Positions 16,885 to 26,903 of a stretch of 64,000 nt of DNA are shown in pieces. Origin of the DNA: Alphaproteobacteria bacterium. Its GTDB lineage: Bacteria > Pseudomonadota > Alphaproteobacteria > Micropepsales > Micropepsaceae. Location of the stretch: the NCBI GenBank assembly GCA_018971835.1, contig JAGWZW010000006.1:7749-71748 (forward strand), read 5' to 3'. Numbering within the stretch: position 1 is the first letter of the stretch; each line of letters begins with the position of its first letter. The notes under the pieces are model-generated. The model had not been told where the DNA came from. It did not search any database and saw only the letters and a program-made list of their open reading frames with translations. Made by a program: the position numbers and the translations under genes.

Positions 16885-18324
16885 TTAGAACGCGATCCAA
16901 AGATAGCCGTAGAATGTATTGTTGTCCGTTGCCCCGGTGCTGGCGCCGGCGAACTTGCCATAGGCGGTGTAGGCGAGCGCCAGCTTGGTGTTCAGGAACG
17001 GCAGATAATCGACCTCAAAAGTCACGCCGCTGGTATCGGGCTTGGCCATCAGATCGGTGGAAGACCCGAACGTATCGAATGGCTGGATGCTGCCGCCGAT
17101 CATCCGGTGATAGTAGTAGGAAAGGCTGCCGCGCACCGTATCCATATGCGTATTGGCGGCGGTCAGGCTGGTGCCGTTGGCCAGATTGTAGGCGCTTGCG
17201 GTGCTGTTGAGGGTAGAGTCCTCGTGGATCCACGTTGCGGCAAGGGTGAAGATGTCGCGCGTACCGATGTACTGGTACTGGGTATCAAAGGCGTAATCGA
17301 GGTAGTTGTCGGTCGGACCGGAGCCAACGCCCTGGCACTTGCCGCTCGTATCAAAGATCGGATTACCCGAACTGTCGACAAAGCTGGTCTGCGTGAGGCA
17401 GCCGTCGCCGGCCAGGTCGTTGGCGACGCGGGTATGTGCCGACATGCCGTAGGTGCCGACCTCGAAGGAGTTGTTGTCCCAGTCCCATTCGCCGGCAAAG
17501 CGCCAATAGGGCGCGCCGCCGTCGATCACCATGCCGGCTGCCGAGTCATACGGTCCGTTGACGCCTTGCGGAGCCGACGTATAGACGCCGGCTTCGGCGT
17601 ACCAGGTGTTGTTGAGCATGCCATAGACCGTCAGGCCTGCAGAGTTGCCCGCGACTGTGCCGTCAATGAATGTCGCCCCGCCCGCGCCCTGGCCGGGCAC
17701 GGTATTCGGCGCCATATAGGGGTTATACCAGGCCGGCACCGTGTCCCAGAGATCCTGCACTGTCGGGTTGTTGTTCAGGCTGAGGCCCCAGTCCAGCTTG
17801 GCGCCGGAGGCGAGCATCTCGGTATCGGCAAAACGAATGTCGGTGTTGTCCATGCCGATGGAACCGGCCGTCGGATCGTAGGTGATCTGGATGAAGGTTC
17901 CCAGATGCGGCGCGACCTGGCCCGCATAGAACAGGCTCAACTGGCTTGGGAACTCGGTCGTGTTGTTCTGCGCATTGCCGAGGCCGTTCGAATCCGGCGC
18001 GGTTGCGCTGGTGTGGGTGTAGCCCGCGACCACCATGGCCGAGATCGGCGAGAAGAAGCTGAGATCCAGATTGCGCCGGTCGTTCTGGCCGACATCGCTG
18101 ATGCGCTGGCGGTTGTTGATCAGATAACCGTCGAGCTTGAAGCGCCGGCCGAACGGCGTCAGCTCCGGGAACACGGTATGGCAGGCTTCGCACGCCAGGC
18201 CGGTCTGTCGCGCATAACTGGGAACGGCCGCCGCCGGCGCCGCGCTCAGCGCCAGAAGACCAATAGCTCCCGCGCTTGCCAGCAGCGTGGCGCGGGCGCC
18301 GACCGGAAATGAGACTATCGACAT
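16885..18324 (-). CDS. Outer-membrane fused monoheme cytochrome c-porin, Cyc2-like
   Basis: 479 aa from ATG 18324. Signal peptide (...LALSAAPAAA), then a single CEACH haem motif (18178-18192) within PSYARQTGLACEACH. The remainder is Gly/Tyr/Asn/Thr-rich with alternating beta-strand character and ends in ...YGYLWIAF (OMP C-terminal Phe). Confidence 0.6.
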   Translation of the reverse strand: MSIVSFPVGARATLLASAGAIGLLALSAAPAAAVPSYARQTGLACEACHTVFPELTPFGRRFKLDGYLINNRQRISDVGQNDRRNLDLSFFSPISAMVVAGYTHTSATAPDSNGLGNAQNNTTEFPSQLSLFYAGQVAPHLGTFIQITYDPTAGSIGMDNTDIRFADTEMLASGAKLDWGLSLNNNPTVQDLWDTVPAWYNPYMAPNTVPGQGAGGATFIDGTVAGNSAGLTVYGMLNNTWYAEAGVYTSAPQGVNGPYDSAAGMVIDGGAPYWRFAGEWDWDNNSFEVGTYGMSAHTRVANDLAGDGCLTQTSFVDSSGNPIFDTSGKCQGVGSGPTDNYLDYAFDTQYQYIGTRDIFTLAATWIHEDSTLNSTASAYNLANGTSLTAANTHMDTVRGSLSYYYHRMIGGSIQPFDTFGSSTDLMAKPDTSGVTFEVDYLPFLNTKLALAYTAYGKFAGASTGATDNNTFYGYLWIAF

Positions 18325-18618
18325 TGTTCTTATCCCCTGCAGGTGGTTGGACGCCTTGAACGCGCGATCGCGTCTGGACAGTCCTGTTGTGTCGCTCGGA
18401 GATATCGCGCGCACCCTAACCCTTTGTTGCGTCATATCAATTATTGCATGATTGTAATCTTAATAAGATAACTTCTAGAAAACAAAGACTTAGTAGACTT
18501 AGGAGCAGTCGCAAAAGCGCACGCGTGGCCGCCTGTCGCGGCAACGCGTCAATTTGGCAACGGCCGGATTTGCTGCGCTGCAGCGCGACCGCGCAGCCCA
18601 ATCCAGCCTCTTAGTTCG

Positions 18619-19026
18619 CTATTCGACAGCCTTCAGCATCACCGCAACCTTGGCGGCGGCCGACTGGGCGGATTTCAGATCGTCGTCCTTGAGCCCCTTC
18701 GCGGCCTCGGCGGCGGCGGCTTCGAGCGCCGCCCTGGTTTTCGCGTCTGCGGCATCTGGGATGGCGCCATTGCCGGAGTGGGAACAGGGATTCATCTCTG
18801 TCGCGTCGAAATCCTTGCCCTTCGGCCCGGACAGGCAATTGAGCGTGTGATGAAGATGGGTATGCACCATCTTCACGGTGTCGGACTTGGAAGCCAGTCC
18901 GGCGTGAGTGGCAGCGGTGACAATTTCGGAATGCGCGTCCGCCAGGGCGGCCGCCGGCAGCAGCACCAACGCCGCCACCGCCAGAAGCGGCATCGTCCAT
19001 TTTGCATGTGTCGGTTTGCCGGTCAT
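18619..19026 (-). CDS. Small periplasmic His/Cys-rich protein (possible metal or redox protein)
   Basis: Signal peptide (MPLLAVAALVLLPAAALADA). Motifs VHTHLHHTLNC and NPCSHSGNG. Ala/Lys-rich helical C-terminus. Strong Shine-Dalgarno (GGAGAGAGGGA). Confidence 0.6.
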   Translation of the reverse strand: MTGKPTHAKWTMPLLAVAALVLLPAAALADAHSEIVTAATHAGLASKSDTVKMVHTHLHHTLNCLSGPKGKDFDATEMNPCSHSGNGAIPDAADAKTRAALEAAAAEAAKGLKDDDLKSAQSAAAKVAVMLKAVE

Positions 19027-19051
19027 ATCCCTCTCTCCTGTGTTGTATGCG

Positions 19052-19303
19052 TTATTGCTTGCGGGCGATGGCGATAAGGCCTTTTACGCCCATACCTGCA
19101 TTGACGTGATGGACGGCGATATCATCCCGCGCAAATCCTCCCTCGCGCAAGAGTGACAGCAGATTGCCCGGGCCGAACGGGCAACGCACTTCAGGACTGG
19201 CGAATGTCCATTTGTCTGCTACGGATTTGCCGGTGGCGTAAGCCCCGTTATGCCACCTCGCCATGCGCCAGCGCATCGAAGCGGCTTCAATGCATTTGCA
19301 CAT
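19052..19303 (-). CDS. Small hypothetical protein
   Basis: 83-aa ORF co-oriented with its flanking genes. Plausible codon usage but no recognised family. The real start may be the internal ATG (MARWHNG...). Confidence 0.3.
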   Translation of the reverse strand: MCKCIEAASMRWRMARWHNGAYATGKSVADKWTFASPEVRCPFGPGNLLSLLREGGFARDDIAVHHVNAGMGVKGLIAIARKQ

Positions 19304-19345
19304 GCCCGGAATTTAATGCGGCGGCATTACCTGGCGGCGCGGCCG

Positions 19346-20557
19346 TCAGCCTGTTGGAGACATGGCGCTGGTATCCATGCGCGGCTCCGCTGTTGGAATC
19401 ATCAGCACACTCGCCATCCAGCCGAGAACGGCAAGACCGGCGAGAAGCCCCCACTGCCCATGCGCCTCGATCATCAGGAAGATGATCGGCGTGACGATGC
19501 TGGTGGCTGCTGCGATCTGGCTGAGCAGGCCCGCTGCCGCGGCGCCTTTTTCAGGCGCGGGTACCACTGCTGGCAACACGGCCAGAACGGCCGAAGCGCC
19601 AGCGCCGCACGCTACCAGCCAGACGCAGAGCATCACGATACCGAACACGGCCGACGTACCCGGCAGGTAAAGGCCGATGCCGGATGCCGAACCAATGGTC
19701 GCCAGCGCGATGAAAAGCGGGCGCACCGGCATGCCCCTCGCCAGCAGAATCCCGACGCCAAGCCCGCCGGCGAGGTTGGCGAAATTTGCGGCGGCAAGGA
19801 TGTTCGAGGCCCGGACCAGCGACACACCGTGCGCATTCGCGAACAAGGACGGAAACACGGTGCTGGTGCCCAGACCGACAAATGCCATCAGTCCGAAGGC
19901 CAGCGATACGCGCAACGGGCCGATTTGCGTATAACCCGACAGGATATCCGCCAGCCCCGCTGCAAATGTGCCGGCAGGCTTTCTGGCCACCTGCGGCGGC
20001 CGCGGTAGCAGAAAGGCCGCTGCGCTGCACAGGATGAAGATGACAGCGTGAATCAGAAAGCCGTATTTCCAGTTGCTGCCGCCCGCAAACATGCCGCCCA
20101 TCACCAGCCCGAGCGAAAATCCTACCGGCGTATAGGTCGACCAGACGGCCATCGCGCTCATGCGCCGCCGGCCGGATGTGGTCGCCATAATCAGGGCCGG
20201 CGCACCAGCGAAAAACCCGATTAGCGAAAATCCTTCGAAGACGCGAATGACCTCAAACCCGAACACTGTTCCGGTGAACAGATAGCAGAAATTGGCGACG
20301 GCTCCGATGGCACAGCTGACACCCAACGCTTCGCGCGCGCCGATGCGATCAATCAGGCCGCCCGCAACGGTGGACAGCAGCGCCGTCGGCACCGTGAGCA
20401 GCGAAACAAACAAGGCGAAACCTTCGGGACCGGCGTGCAGCGCCCGCATGAAATCGCCCTGTATGGGAAGCGCGCGGCTGATCTCTGCCGCGCCGATGAC
20501 GCCATAGACGTAAATCAGGCCGATAGACCACCAGCTTCCCGCTTTCATCGTGCCCAC
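19346..20557 (-). CDS. MFS transporter
   Basis: About 12 hydrophobic segments. MFS-like loop motif (GGLIDRIGAREAL). The start may be ATG 20548. Confidence 0.8.
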   Translation of the reverse strand: MGTMKAGSWWSIGLIYVYGVIGAAEISRALPIQGDFMRALHAGPEGFALFVSLLTVPTALLSTVAGGLIDRIGAREALGVSCAIGAVANFCYLFTGTVFGFEVIRVFEGFSLIGFFAGAPALIMATTSGRRRMSAMAVWSTYTPVGFSLGLVMGGMFAGGSNWKYGFLIHAVIFILCSAAAFLLPRPPQVARKPAGTFAAGLADILSGYTQIGPLRVSLAFGLMAFVGLGTSTVFPSLFANAHGVSLVRASNILAAANFANLAGGLGVGILLARGMPVRPLFIALATIGSASGIGLYLPGTSAVFGIVMLCVWLVACGAGASAVLAVLPAVVPAPEKGAAAAGLLSQIAAATSIVTPIIFLMIEAHGQWGLLAGLAVLGWMASVLMIPTAEPRMDTSAMSPTG

Positions 20558-20574
20558 TCCCGGTCAAGCCGTCG

Positions 20575-21468
20575 TCAGACGCGTGCCACCTGCGCGACGA
20601 TCAACGCCTTGCGCACTTCGATATCGCGCCGGCGTGCATCTTCGACCGCCTTTTCCTCGGCGCAGGGTTCGGATGGTGGCGGAAAATCATCGAGAATCTC
20701 CGCGAAGAGCGCGGCGACTTCCTCGCGGAAATGGCCATGTGTGAAGATAAAGGCCGACTGCCGGCGGATCCCCTCCAGCACGCGCGCGCCGACTTCCCGC
20801 GGCTTCATGGCGAATTCCATCTTTTCCGGCCAGTCGTCTGCGCCTGATCCGCGGCGCTCCGGGCGCAGGCGCCGCTCCGCCGTCATGATGCGCGTATCCA
20901 CCATGCCGGGGCAGAGCGTGGAAACACCAATGTTGAAGGGCGCCAAGCTGAGGCGCAGCGATTCGGAAAGTCCACGGATGGCGAATTTGGTGGCCGAATA
21001 GAGCCCAGCCCAGCTGGGGCACGGGATGATTCCGGCCATCGAGGAGGTATTGACGAGATGCCCGCCCTCGCCATGCGCCTTCATCCCGGGAAGGAAAGTG
21101 ACAATGCCGTTGATAGTACCGCCGAGATTGATGGAAAAGATCAGATCCCAATCCTCGTAACTGGCTTCTTCGATTGGCACCGAAAGGCCGGTGCCGGCGT
21201 TGTTGCAGAGGATGTGAACATTGCCGAAGATCTGCGCCGTTTCTTCGGCTGCGCGGCGCATGGCTCCGCGATCGCGCACGTCGAGACGGATGAAATGCGC
21301 GGCGCCTTCATGGCTGGCCAGCATCGTCTTCGCTTCGGAAAGATGCGCCTGCTCGATATCGGCGATCACGACCTTCGCGCCCGCTTCCAAGAGCGTGGTA
21401 GCGATGCCCAGGCCGATGCCGCTGGCGCCGCCAGTGATGAACGCCGTCTTGCCGGCAAAGTCTTTCAT
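20575..21468 (-). CDS. SDR-family oxidoreductase
   Basis: TGGASGIG Rossmann motif (KTAFITGGASGIGLGIA). YxxxK region (YSATKFAIRG). Confidence 0.85.
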   Translation of the reverse strand: MKDFAGKTAFITGGASGIGLGIATTLLEAGAKVVIADIEQAHLSEAKTMLASHEGAAHFIRLDVRDRGAMRRAAEETAQIFGNVHILCNNAGTGLSVPIEEASYEDWDLIFSINLGGTINGIVTFLPGMKAHGEGGHLVNTSSMAGIIPCPSWAGLYSATKFAIRGLSESLRLSLAPFNIGVSTLCPGMVDTRIMTAERRLRPERRGSGADDWPEKMEFAMKPREVGARVLEGIRRQSAFIFTHGHFREEVAALFAEILDDFPPPSEPCAEEKAVEDARRRDIEVRKALIVAQVARV

Positions 21469-21500
21469 GGTTGGGCCCTCGGGAGGCGCAATGCGGCCAC

Positions 21501-22391
21501 TCAGGCCCCTTCGCTATAAATCGGGTTGGAAAGGATCCAGCGGATGGAATCGGCCCGTGCCTGATCGATGGCATCGTTGGGCAGCGCGGCCATGATGGCA
21601 GCGTGGCGGGCGGCCATGACCTCGCGAAATTCGGGATGGCTGAAGATATAAAGCGCGTTGTTCTGGATGCCCCGCAGCACATGCCGCCCCGCCTCGACCG
21701 GGCTCATGGCGTGCTGCATGACGTCCGGCGGCGGGGCACCCACAGCGGCATCCTCGGCGCTGTAACCGCTCTTCGCCAGCGCCTGTGGGCGGCTGCGATC
21801 GGAAGTACCGATGTTGGATTGCACCGGTCCCGGGCAATAGACCGAGACGCCGATCTTGCGGCCGATCATGTCAGTGCGCAGCGCCTCGGTGAGCCCGACC
21901 ACGGCGAATTTCGAGGTAGCGTAAAGCCCGACCGCACCCAGCGCCGCCACCCCGCCCATCGAGGAAACGTTGACGATGTGGCATTCCAGGTCGCTCGCCA
22001 GCATGCGCGGCAGGAAGGTGACGATGCCGTTGACCACGCCACCGAGATTGACGTTCAGTACCCAGTCCCAATCGTCATAGGTGGCGTGCTCAACCAGGCC
22101 ATGCACGGCCACGCCGGCATTGTTGACCAGCAGTTGCACTGGCCCCAGCACTTTCTCGATCTGGTCGGCGGCGCGGGCCAGGGCCACACGGTCGGTCACG
22201 TCCAGTTCGACCGGATAGACGCGCTGTCCCGGGTGGCCGGCGAAGTAGGCCAGCGTTTCGTCGCGATGCACAGCGTTGCGGTAGGTAAAGGCGACGGTCA
22301 TGCCCTCCTCGGCTAGCACCTTGACAATGCCGAGGCCGATGCCGCTGCTGCCGCCAGTGACAAGGGCGACCTTGCCGTTCAGATCTTTCAT
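21501..22391 (-). CDS. SDR-family oxidoreductase (paralogue)
   Basis: KVALVTGGSSGIGLG and YATSKFAVVG motifs. Confidence 0.85.
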   Translation of the reverse strand: MKDLNGKVALVTGGSSGIGLGIVKVLAEEGMTVAFTYRNAVHRDETLAYFAGHPGQRVYPVELDVTDRVALARAADQIEKVLGPVQLLVNNAGVAVHGLVEHATYDDWDWVLNVNLGGVVNGIVTFLPRMLASDLECHIVNVSSMGGVAALGAVGLYATSKFAVVGLTEALRTDMIGRKIGVSVYCPGPVQSNIGTSDRSRPQALAKSGYSAEDAAVGAPPPDVMQHAMSPVEAGRHVLRGIQNNALYIFSHPEFREVMAARHAAIMAALPNDAIDQARADSIRWILSNPIYSEGA

Positions 22392-22401
22392 CCCGTCCCT
22401 C

Positions 22402-24036
22402 CTAGAGTTCCGCGCGCGGCAAAGTGCGGCCGCGAATGATGTCCGAGGCTTTCTCCGCTATCATGATCGCAGGAGCATTGGTATTGCCGCCGGGGACGTT
22501 GGGCATGATCGAGGCGTCCGCCACCCGCAAGCCTTCCACGCCTCGCACCCTGAGCGTGGCATCGACAACCGCGCCGGGGTCGCTGTCCGTGCCCATCTTG
22601 CAGGTGCCCACTGGATGCTGGGTGATGGCGCCTTCAGAACGGACAAACTTTTCCAGTTCCTCGTCGCTCTTGATGCGTTCGCCAGGGATCAACTCGCCGG
22701 AGGTGTACTGCTTGAGCGGCGGCTGGTTGTAGATTTCCCGCGCAATGCGCACGCCGCGGATCATGCGCTCCACGTCCGAGCGCTCTTTGAAAAGGTTGAA
22801 CAGGATGCGCGGCGGATCGCGCGGATCGGCCGAGCGTAGCGTAACCTCGCCGCGACTGTCCTCGCGGATCATCGAGATGCCACAGCGCAGCATGCGATCC
22901 GGCTTGCGAATGAACGGGAACCAGATATCGCTGGCGCTCAGCTCCACCGAGACGCAGGTGTACTGCATGTCCGGCCGGTCGAGATTGGGTTCGGTGCGCA
23001 CGAAGATGTTGGCGCCGGTGCCGTTGGTGGCGAAGGCGCCCGTACGGAAGAAAAACCACTGCAGCACCAGCAACGTGGCGCGATCCAGCCGCAGCTTGTC
23101 GGTGTAGGTGCCGGCCTGCGCCCTCCAGCCCAGGAACAGGAAGGGATGCTCCACCAGGTTCTTGCCCACGCCGGGCAGATCGACAAGCGCTGAAATCCCG
23201 TGCTGCGCCAGTTCGTCCGCCGGCCCGATGCCGGAGAGCATCAGCGCCTGCGCCGAGCCATAGGTGCCGCCGGAGAGGATCACCTCGCGATTGGCACGGG
23301 CGCTATGAACCTCGCCGTTTCTCAGATACTCCACGCCGACAGCGCGCTTGCCCTCGAACAGTACGCGCGTGGTATGCGCGCGGCTGATCACGGAAAGATT
23401 GGGCCGGGACATCGCCGTCGCCAGATAAAGCCGCGCCACGTTGCCCCGAAGGCCCTTGTTGATGGTCAGTTCGGCGCGCTGGATGCCTTCGCTGCGTTCG
23501 CCGTGATAATCCTCCGTCGCGGGAAAGCCGGCCCCAACCACCGAATCCCGCAACTCGCGGTACATCTGGTTCTCGGCCGGCATGACGACATCCATCGGGC
23601 CGCCCGTGCCGTGATAGGCATTGTTGCCCGCCCAGCTGTTTTCCGAGCGCCGGAAATAGGGCAGCACGTCGGCATAGCTCCAGCCGGTGAGGCCTTTCTG
23701 CGCCCAGTCGTCGTAATCGAGCCTGTGACCGCGAGCATAGACCATGCCGTTGATGGCGGTGGAACCGCCCAGCGCCTTGCCGCGCGGAATCTCGATGCGC
23801 CGGCTGTTGGCATAGGGCTCCGGTTCGCCCACGAAGTTCCAGTTAAGGTCGCGCCGCAGCACGTAGCGCGGGAAGGCAATGGGCATATCCTTGAAAAGGC
23901 CGGTTGTCCGGCCGCCCGCCTCCAGGAGCAGAACGGAGGCGTCCTTCTGCTCCGAGAGACGGTTGGCAAGAACACAGCCGGCCGAACCTGCTCCGACAAT
24001 GACATAGTCGAAGCCTTGCGCCGAACCAGCTGCCAT
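22402..24036 (-). CDS. GMC-family FAD oxidoreductase (choline/alcohol dehydrogenase-like)
   Basis: [24 protein letters not shown]-binding motif. GMC signature [12 protein letters not shown]-terminal HPVGTCKMG. Confidence 0.9.
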   Translation of the reverse strand: MAAGSAQGFDYVIVGAGSAGCVLANRLSEQKDASVLLLEAGGRTTGLFKDMPIAFPRYVLRRDLNWNFVGEPEPYANSRRIEIPRGKALGGSTAINGMVYARGHRLDYDDWAQKGLTGWSYADVLPYFRRSENSWAGNNAYHGTGGPMDVVMPAENQMYRELRDSVVGAGFPATEDYHGERSEGIQRAELTINKGLRGNVARLYLATAMSRPNLSVISRAHTTRVLFEGKRAVGVEYLRNGEVHSARANREVILSGGTYGSAQALMLSGIGPADELAQHGISALVDLPGVGKNLVEHPFLFLGWRAQAGTYTDKLRLDRATLLVLQWFFFRTGAFATNGTGANIFVRTEPNLDRPDMQYTCVSVELSASDIWFPFIRKPDRMLRCGISMIREDSRGEVTLRSADPRDPPRILFNLFKERSDVERMIRGVRIAREIYNQPPLKQYTSGELIPGERIKSDEELEKFVRSEGAITQHPVGTCKMGTDSDPGAVVDATLRVRGVEGLRVADASIMPNVPGGNTNAPAIMIAEKASDIIRGRTLPRAEL

Positions 24037-24356
24037 TATGGAGCGCCCTCGCAGAATACCTCGTCGATCTGCATGGTGGGCATCGCCTTCGTGAACAACG
24101 GCACCTCGTCGAGCAGTTCCTGCGTACGGTTGGCCATAGCCTTCTCATAGGCCTGCCAATCAGCGATCCAGATGCTGATCACCGCAACGTAAGTCGGCGC
24201 GCCGCCATCTTGCGAGGACTGGCCCTTGCGCACCTCGATCTTGTGCAGAGACTTGCCGAGAATGTCCTGGATCAAGGGCACATGCCGGCGCTTGTAGAAG
24301 TCGAAGTCGAAGCCCTCATTGTCCTTCATCGGATAGAGCACGGTGATACATTTCAT
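24036..24356 (-). CDS. EthD-domain protein
   Basis: 106 aa. EthD-like pattern (ITVLYPMKDNEGFDFDFYKRRHVPLI). Its stop codon abuts the start codon of the GMC gene (1 nt shared). Confidence 0.7.
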   Translation of the reverse strand: MKCITVLYPMKDNEGFDFDFYKRRHVPLIQDILGKSLHKIEVRKGQSSQDGGAPTYVAVISIWIADWQAYEKAMANRTQELLDEVPLFTKAMPTMQIDEVFCEGAP

Positions 24357-24398
24357 GGCAGTAGCCTTTCACAGATTCCGGATTGCCGTGACGACATT

Positions 24399-26903
24399 TC
24401 AGAATGTCCGCTTGATCGAGAAGAATACCGTCCTCGGCATAGCGGGCTGCCCGTAAAGGGTGCCGTATGCAGCCAGCAGATTGAACTTTGTAAGGTAATA
24501 CTGCTTGTCCGTTGCGTTATCCACTTGCAGCGAAGCATTCCATTTCCCATCGGGTGTTCCGTAGGTCAAATGGAGGTTGAGCAGGCCATAGCCGGCCTGC
24601 GACGCGGCGGGGGTATTCTGCACGTCGTAGTAGACTCTCGTCTGGTAGGTCCAGTCGAGGCGCGGCGTGAGCGTGCCGGCCCGGTCGAAATCGAAGGTGT
24701 ATTGCGCACCGAGGTTGATCTTGAACGTCGGAACATCCGGCGGCACATCGCCCTTCATGATACCGCTCGGATTGGTGAGCGGATCGTAGGCCGCCGCGCC
24801 CAGGCTCTGATATTGAAAGTCGAGATAGCCCAGAGAAAGATTGAATAGCAGATTGTCAATGGGCTCCACCTCACCTTCGAATTCGAGCCCCATAACCTGC
24901 GCGGAGCCGGCATTCATGACCAGAGTGGTCGCCACGCTGCCGCCGGTCACGCCGACAACCTGCATCTGATTGTATTCGTTGATGAAGCCTGCCACATCGG
25001 CGCGCAGACGGTTGTCAAACCACTGACTCTTGACGCCGATTTCGTAGGCCTGCAGCGATTCAGGCCCAAAAGGAACCACCTGACTGGCCGCTGCCGGACG
25101 CGGGTTGATGCCGCCCGCCTTGTAGCCCGTGGAGTATTGCGCATAGGTCATCAAGTTCGGCGTCCATTGATACTGGAGCCCGACTTTCGGATCGATGCGG
25201 TAGGACGACGACGTCTCGGAGGTGATCGGAAACAGGAACGTACCCGGAGGGAAAATCGGGTTTGCGGGCGTGAGCGGCAGCAGCAGACGATAGAACGTAT
25301 ATGTCTTCTTGTCGTAGCTGTAGCGCGCGCCGACTTCCAGGCTCAGCTTTTTATTGAAGTGATAGATGCCGTGGACATAGCCGGAAATGTTCTTGGAATG
25401 CACCGGATCGTTCAGCTTGAAATTTATGCCGTAGGTACCGTCCGGGAATGCCGGCACCAGGCCAGGCGGAAGAATCTGTGCCCCCGGTACATCGACTTCG
25501 CCGCCGTTCCAGCTGTAGCCGGTAAAGTAATATCCGCCTAGCGTCCATTCGAGCGCGTCGTCGAATGCCTTGCCTTCGACCCGCAGCTCTTCGCTGAACT
25601 GGTGATGTTTCACCTCGTTGTAGACGAGTTCGATGGGGATCGGCCCGCCCTTGTTGTCGGAGAACTGGCCGCTGTTCACGCGATAACCCGTGATGGAGGT
25701 CACCAGCACATCGTCGGGCGCGCTCCAGGTGATCTTGCCCTGCACGCCCCAGGCGTTGCTGGTGTTCGCGTTGGGAATGGAAATCCCGCTGCGCTGATCG
25801 GTGAAGCTCGAATAGGTGCTGTAGGCGCTGCCGGTTACGAACCGGGAATCGATCGGAATGCCGTAATAGGGGACGGCCACATAGGTGTTGTAATTCGCCG
25901 TTCCGGCGCCGGGATAGCCGGGGTCTATCACGAGCGGGATATCGGGCGCTGCGTCGCCGGCGTCGCGTTCCAGGTCCGCCGAAAGATCGACCGTCAGATC
26001 GTCGTTGACCAGCCACCGGGCGGCGATACGCCCCATGATGGTGTCGGTCGAGCCTTCGGTTCCGGTCTGGCAACTGCCGCTGTTGGTCGTGGACTTGAGG
26101 TTGCCTGCCACCGCCGGATTTTTGCAGGCGTAGTCGTAGATGTTGACGTAGCCGTCTGCCCTTTCTGCGGCGCCAAACGCGCGCACGAAAAGCTTGCCGG
26201 GAATCAACGTGGTGTTGAACGCACCGCGGATCATCTGGCGGTTATAGCTGCCGTAGCCGGCTTCCACATACGCGTCCGGCTGCGGCCCCGGCTGAACGGA
26301 CGTGATGCGAACCGCGCCGCCTTCCGAGTTCTTTCCGAACAAGGTGCCTTGCGGGCCGCGCAACACCTCGACTCGCGCCACGTCGCCCAGCGTGAATTCC
26401 GAGCCGAACAGCGTCGAGTAATAGATGTCGTCGACATACATGCCGACGCCCGGTTCAAAGGCGAAGTTGAAATCGTTCTGGCCGACGCCGCGAATGAACG
26501 CGATAGCCGATTTGCCGTAACCCGCGCCGGCCGGCAGCAGCGTGACGTTCGGCACGCTTTGGGCGAGATCGGTGACATTCGAGATGCCGCGATCTTCCAG
26601 ATCGCTCGCGGTCAGAACCGTTATGGACAACGGCGATTTCTGAACGCTTTCCGAGCGGAAGCGTGCCGTCACCACGACTTCCTCCAGCCCGCTTGACGGG
26701 CTGGCGCTCGGTGCCGGAGGGGCTTTGGCATCCTGCGCGGTACCGGCTGCAGGCGCGGCCACCGCGACCACCGGCGCCATAAACATTGCCACGAACGCCG
26801 AAACTCCGGCCCGCACGGCCAGCGACTTGGGCCGGCCGAGCGCAGTTCCTTTCAAGTTCGTCAAGTAATACTTATGCCGTCCCGTGCGTCCTATATTCCT
26901 CAT
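24399..26903 (-). CDS. TonB-dependent receptor
   Basis: Signal peptide, plug domain (EEVVVTARFRSESVQKSPLSITVLTASDLEDRGISNVTDL), long beta-barrel, terminal ...FFSIKRTF. Confidence 0.9.
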   Translation of the reverse strand: MRNIGRTGRHKYYLTNLKGTALGRPKSLAVRAGVSAFVAMFMAPVVAVAAPAAGTAQDAKAPPAPSASPSSGLEEVVVTARFRSESVQKSPLSITVLTASDLEDRGISNVTDLAQSVPNVTLLPAGAGYGKSAIAFIRGVGQNDFNFAFEPGVGMYVDDIYYSTLFGSEFTLGDVARVEVLRGPQGTLFGKNSEGGAVRITSVQPGPQPDAYVEAGYGSYNRQMIRGAFNTTLIPGKLFVRAFGAAERADGYVNIYDYACKNPAVAGNLKSTTNSGSCQTGTEGSTDTIMGRIAARWLVNDDLTVDLSADLERDAGDAAPDIPLVIDPGYPGAGTANYNTYVAVPYYGIPIDSRFVTGSAYSTYSSFTDQRSGISIPNANTSNAWGVQGKITWSAPDDVLVTSITGYRVNSGQFSDNKGGPIPIELVYNEVKHHQFSEELRVEGKAFDDALEWTLGGYYFTGYSWNGGEVDVPGAQILPPGLVPAFPDGTYGINFKLNDPVHSKNISGYVHGIYHFNKKLSLEVGARYSYDKKTYTFYRLLLPLTPANPIFPPGTFLFPITSETSSSYRIDPKVGLQYQWTPNLMTYAQYSTGYKAGGINPRPAAASQVVPFGPESLQAYEIGVKSQWFDNRLRADVAGFINEYNQMQVVGVTGGSVATTLVMNAGSAQVMGLEFEGEVEPIDNLLFNLSLGYLDFQYQSLGAAAYDPLTNPSGIMKGDVPPDVPTFKINLGAQYTFDFDRAGTLTPRLDWTYQTRVYYDVQNTPAASQAGYGLLNLHLTYGTPDGKWNASLQVDNATDKQYYLTKFNLLAAYGTLYGQPAMPRTVFFSIKRTF

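Noticed and set aside
16885-18435. Upstream-extended starts offered by the ORF track. Examples: 18435 for the cytochrome-porin, 6138 for cheB, 30808 for hdrCB, 32653 for metV, 38224 for VOC and 57867 for the adaptor
   Set aside because: The extensions overlap the preceding gene or encode Arg-rich leaders before an obvious signal peptide or domain start. Internal ATG/GTG codons with Shine-Dalgarno sites or ATGA coupling were preferred.
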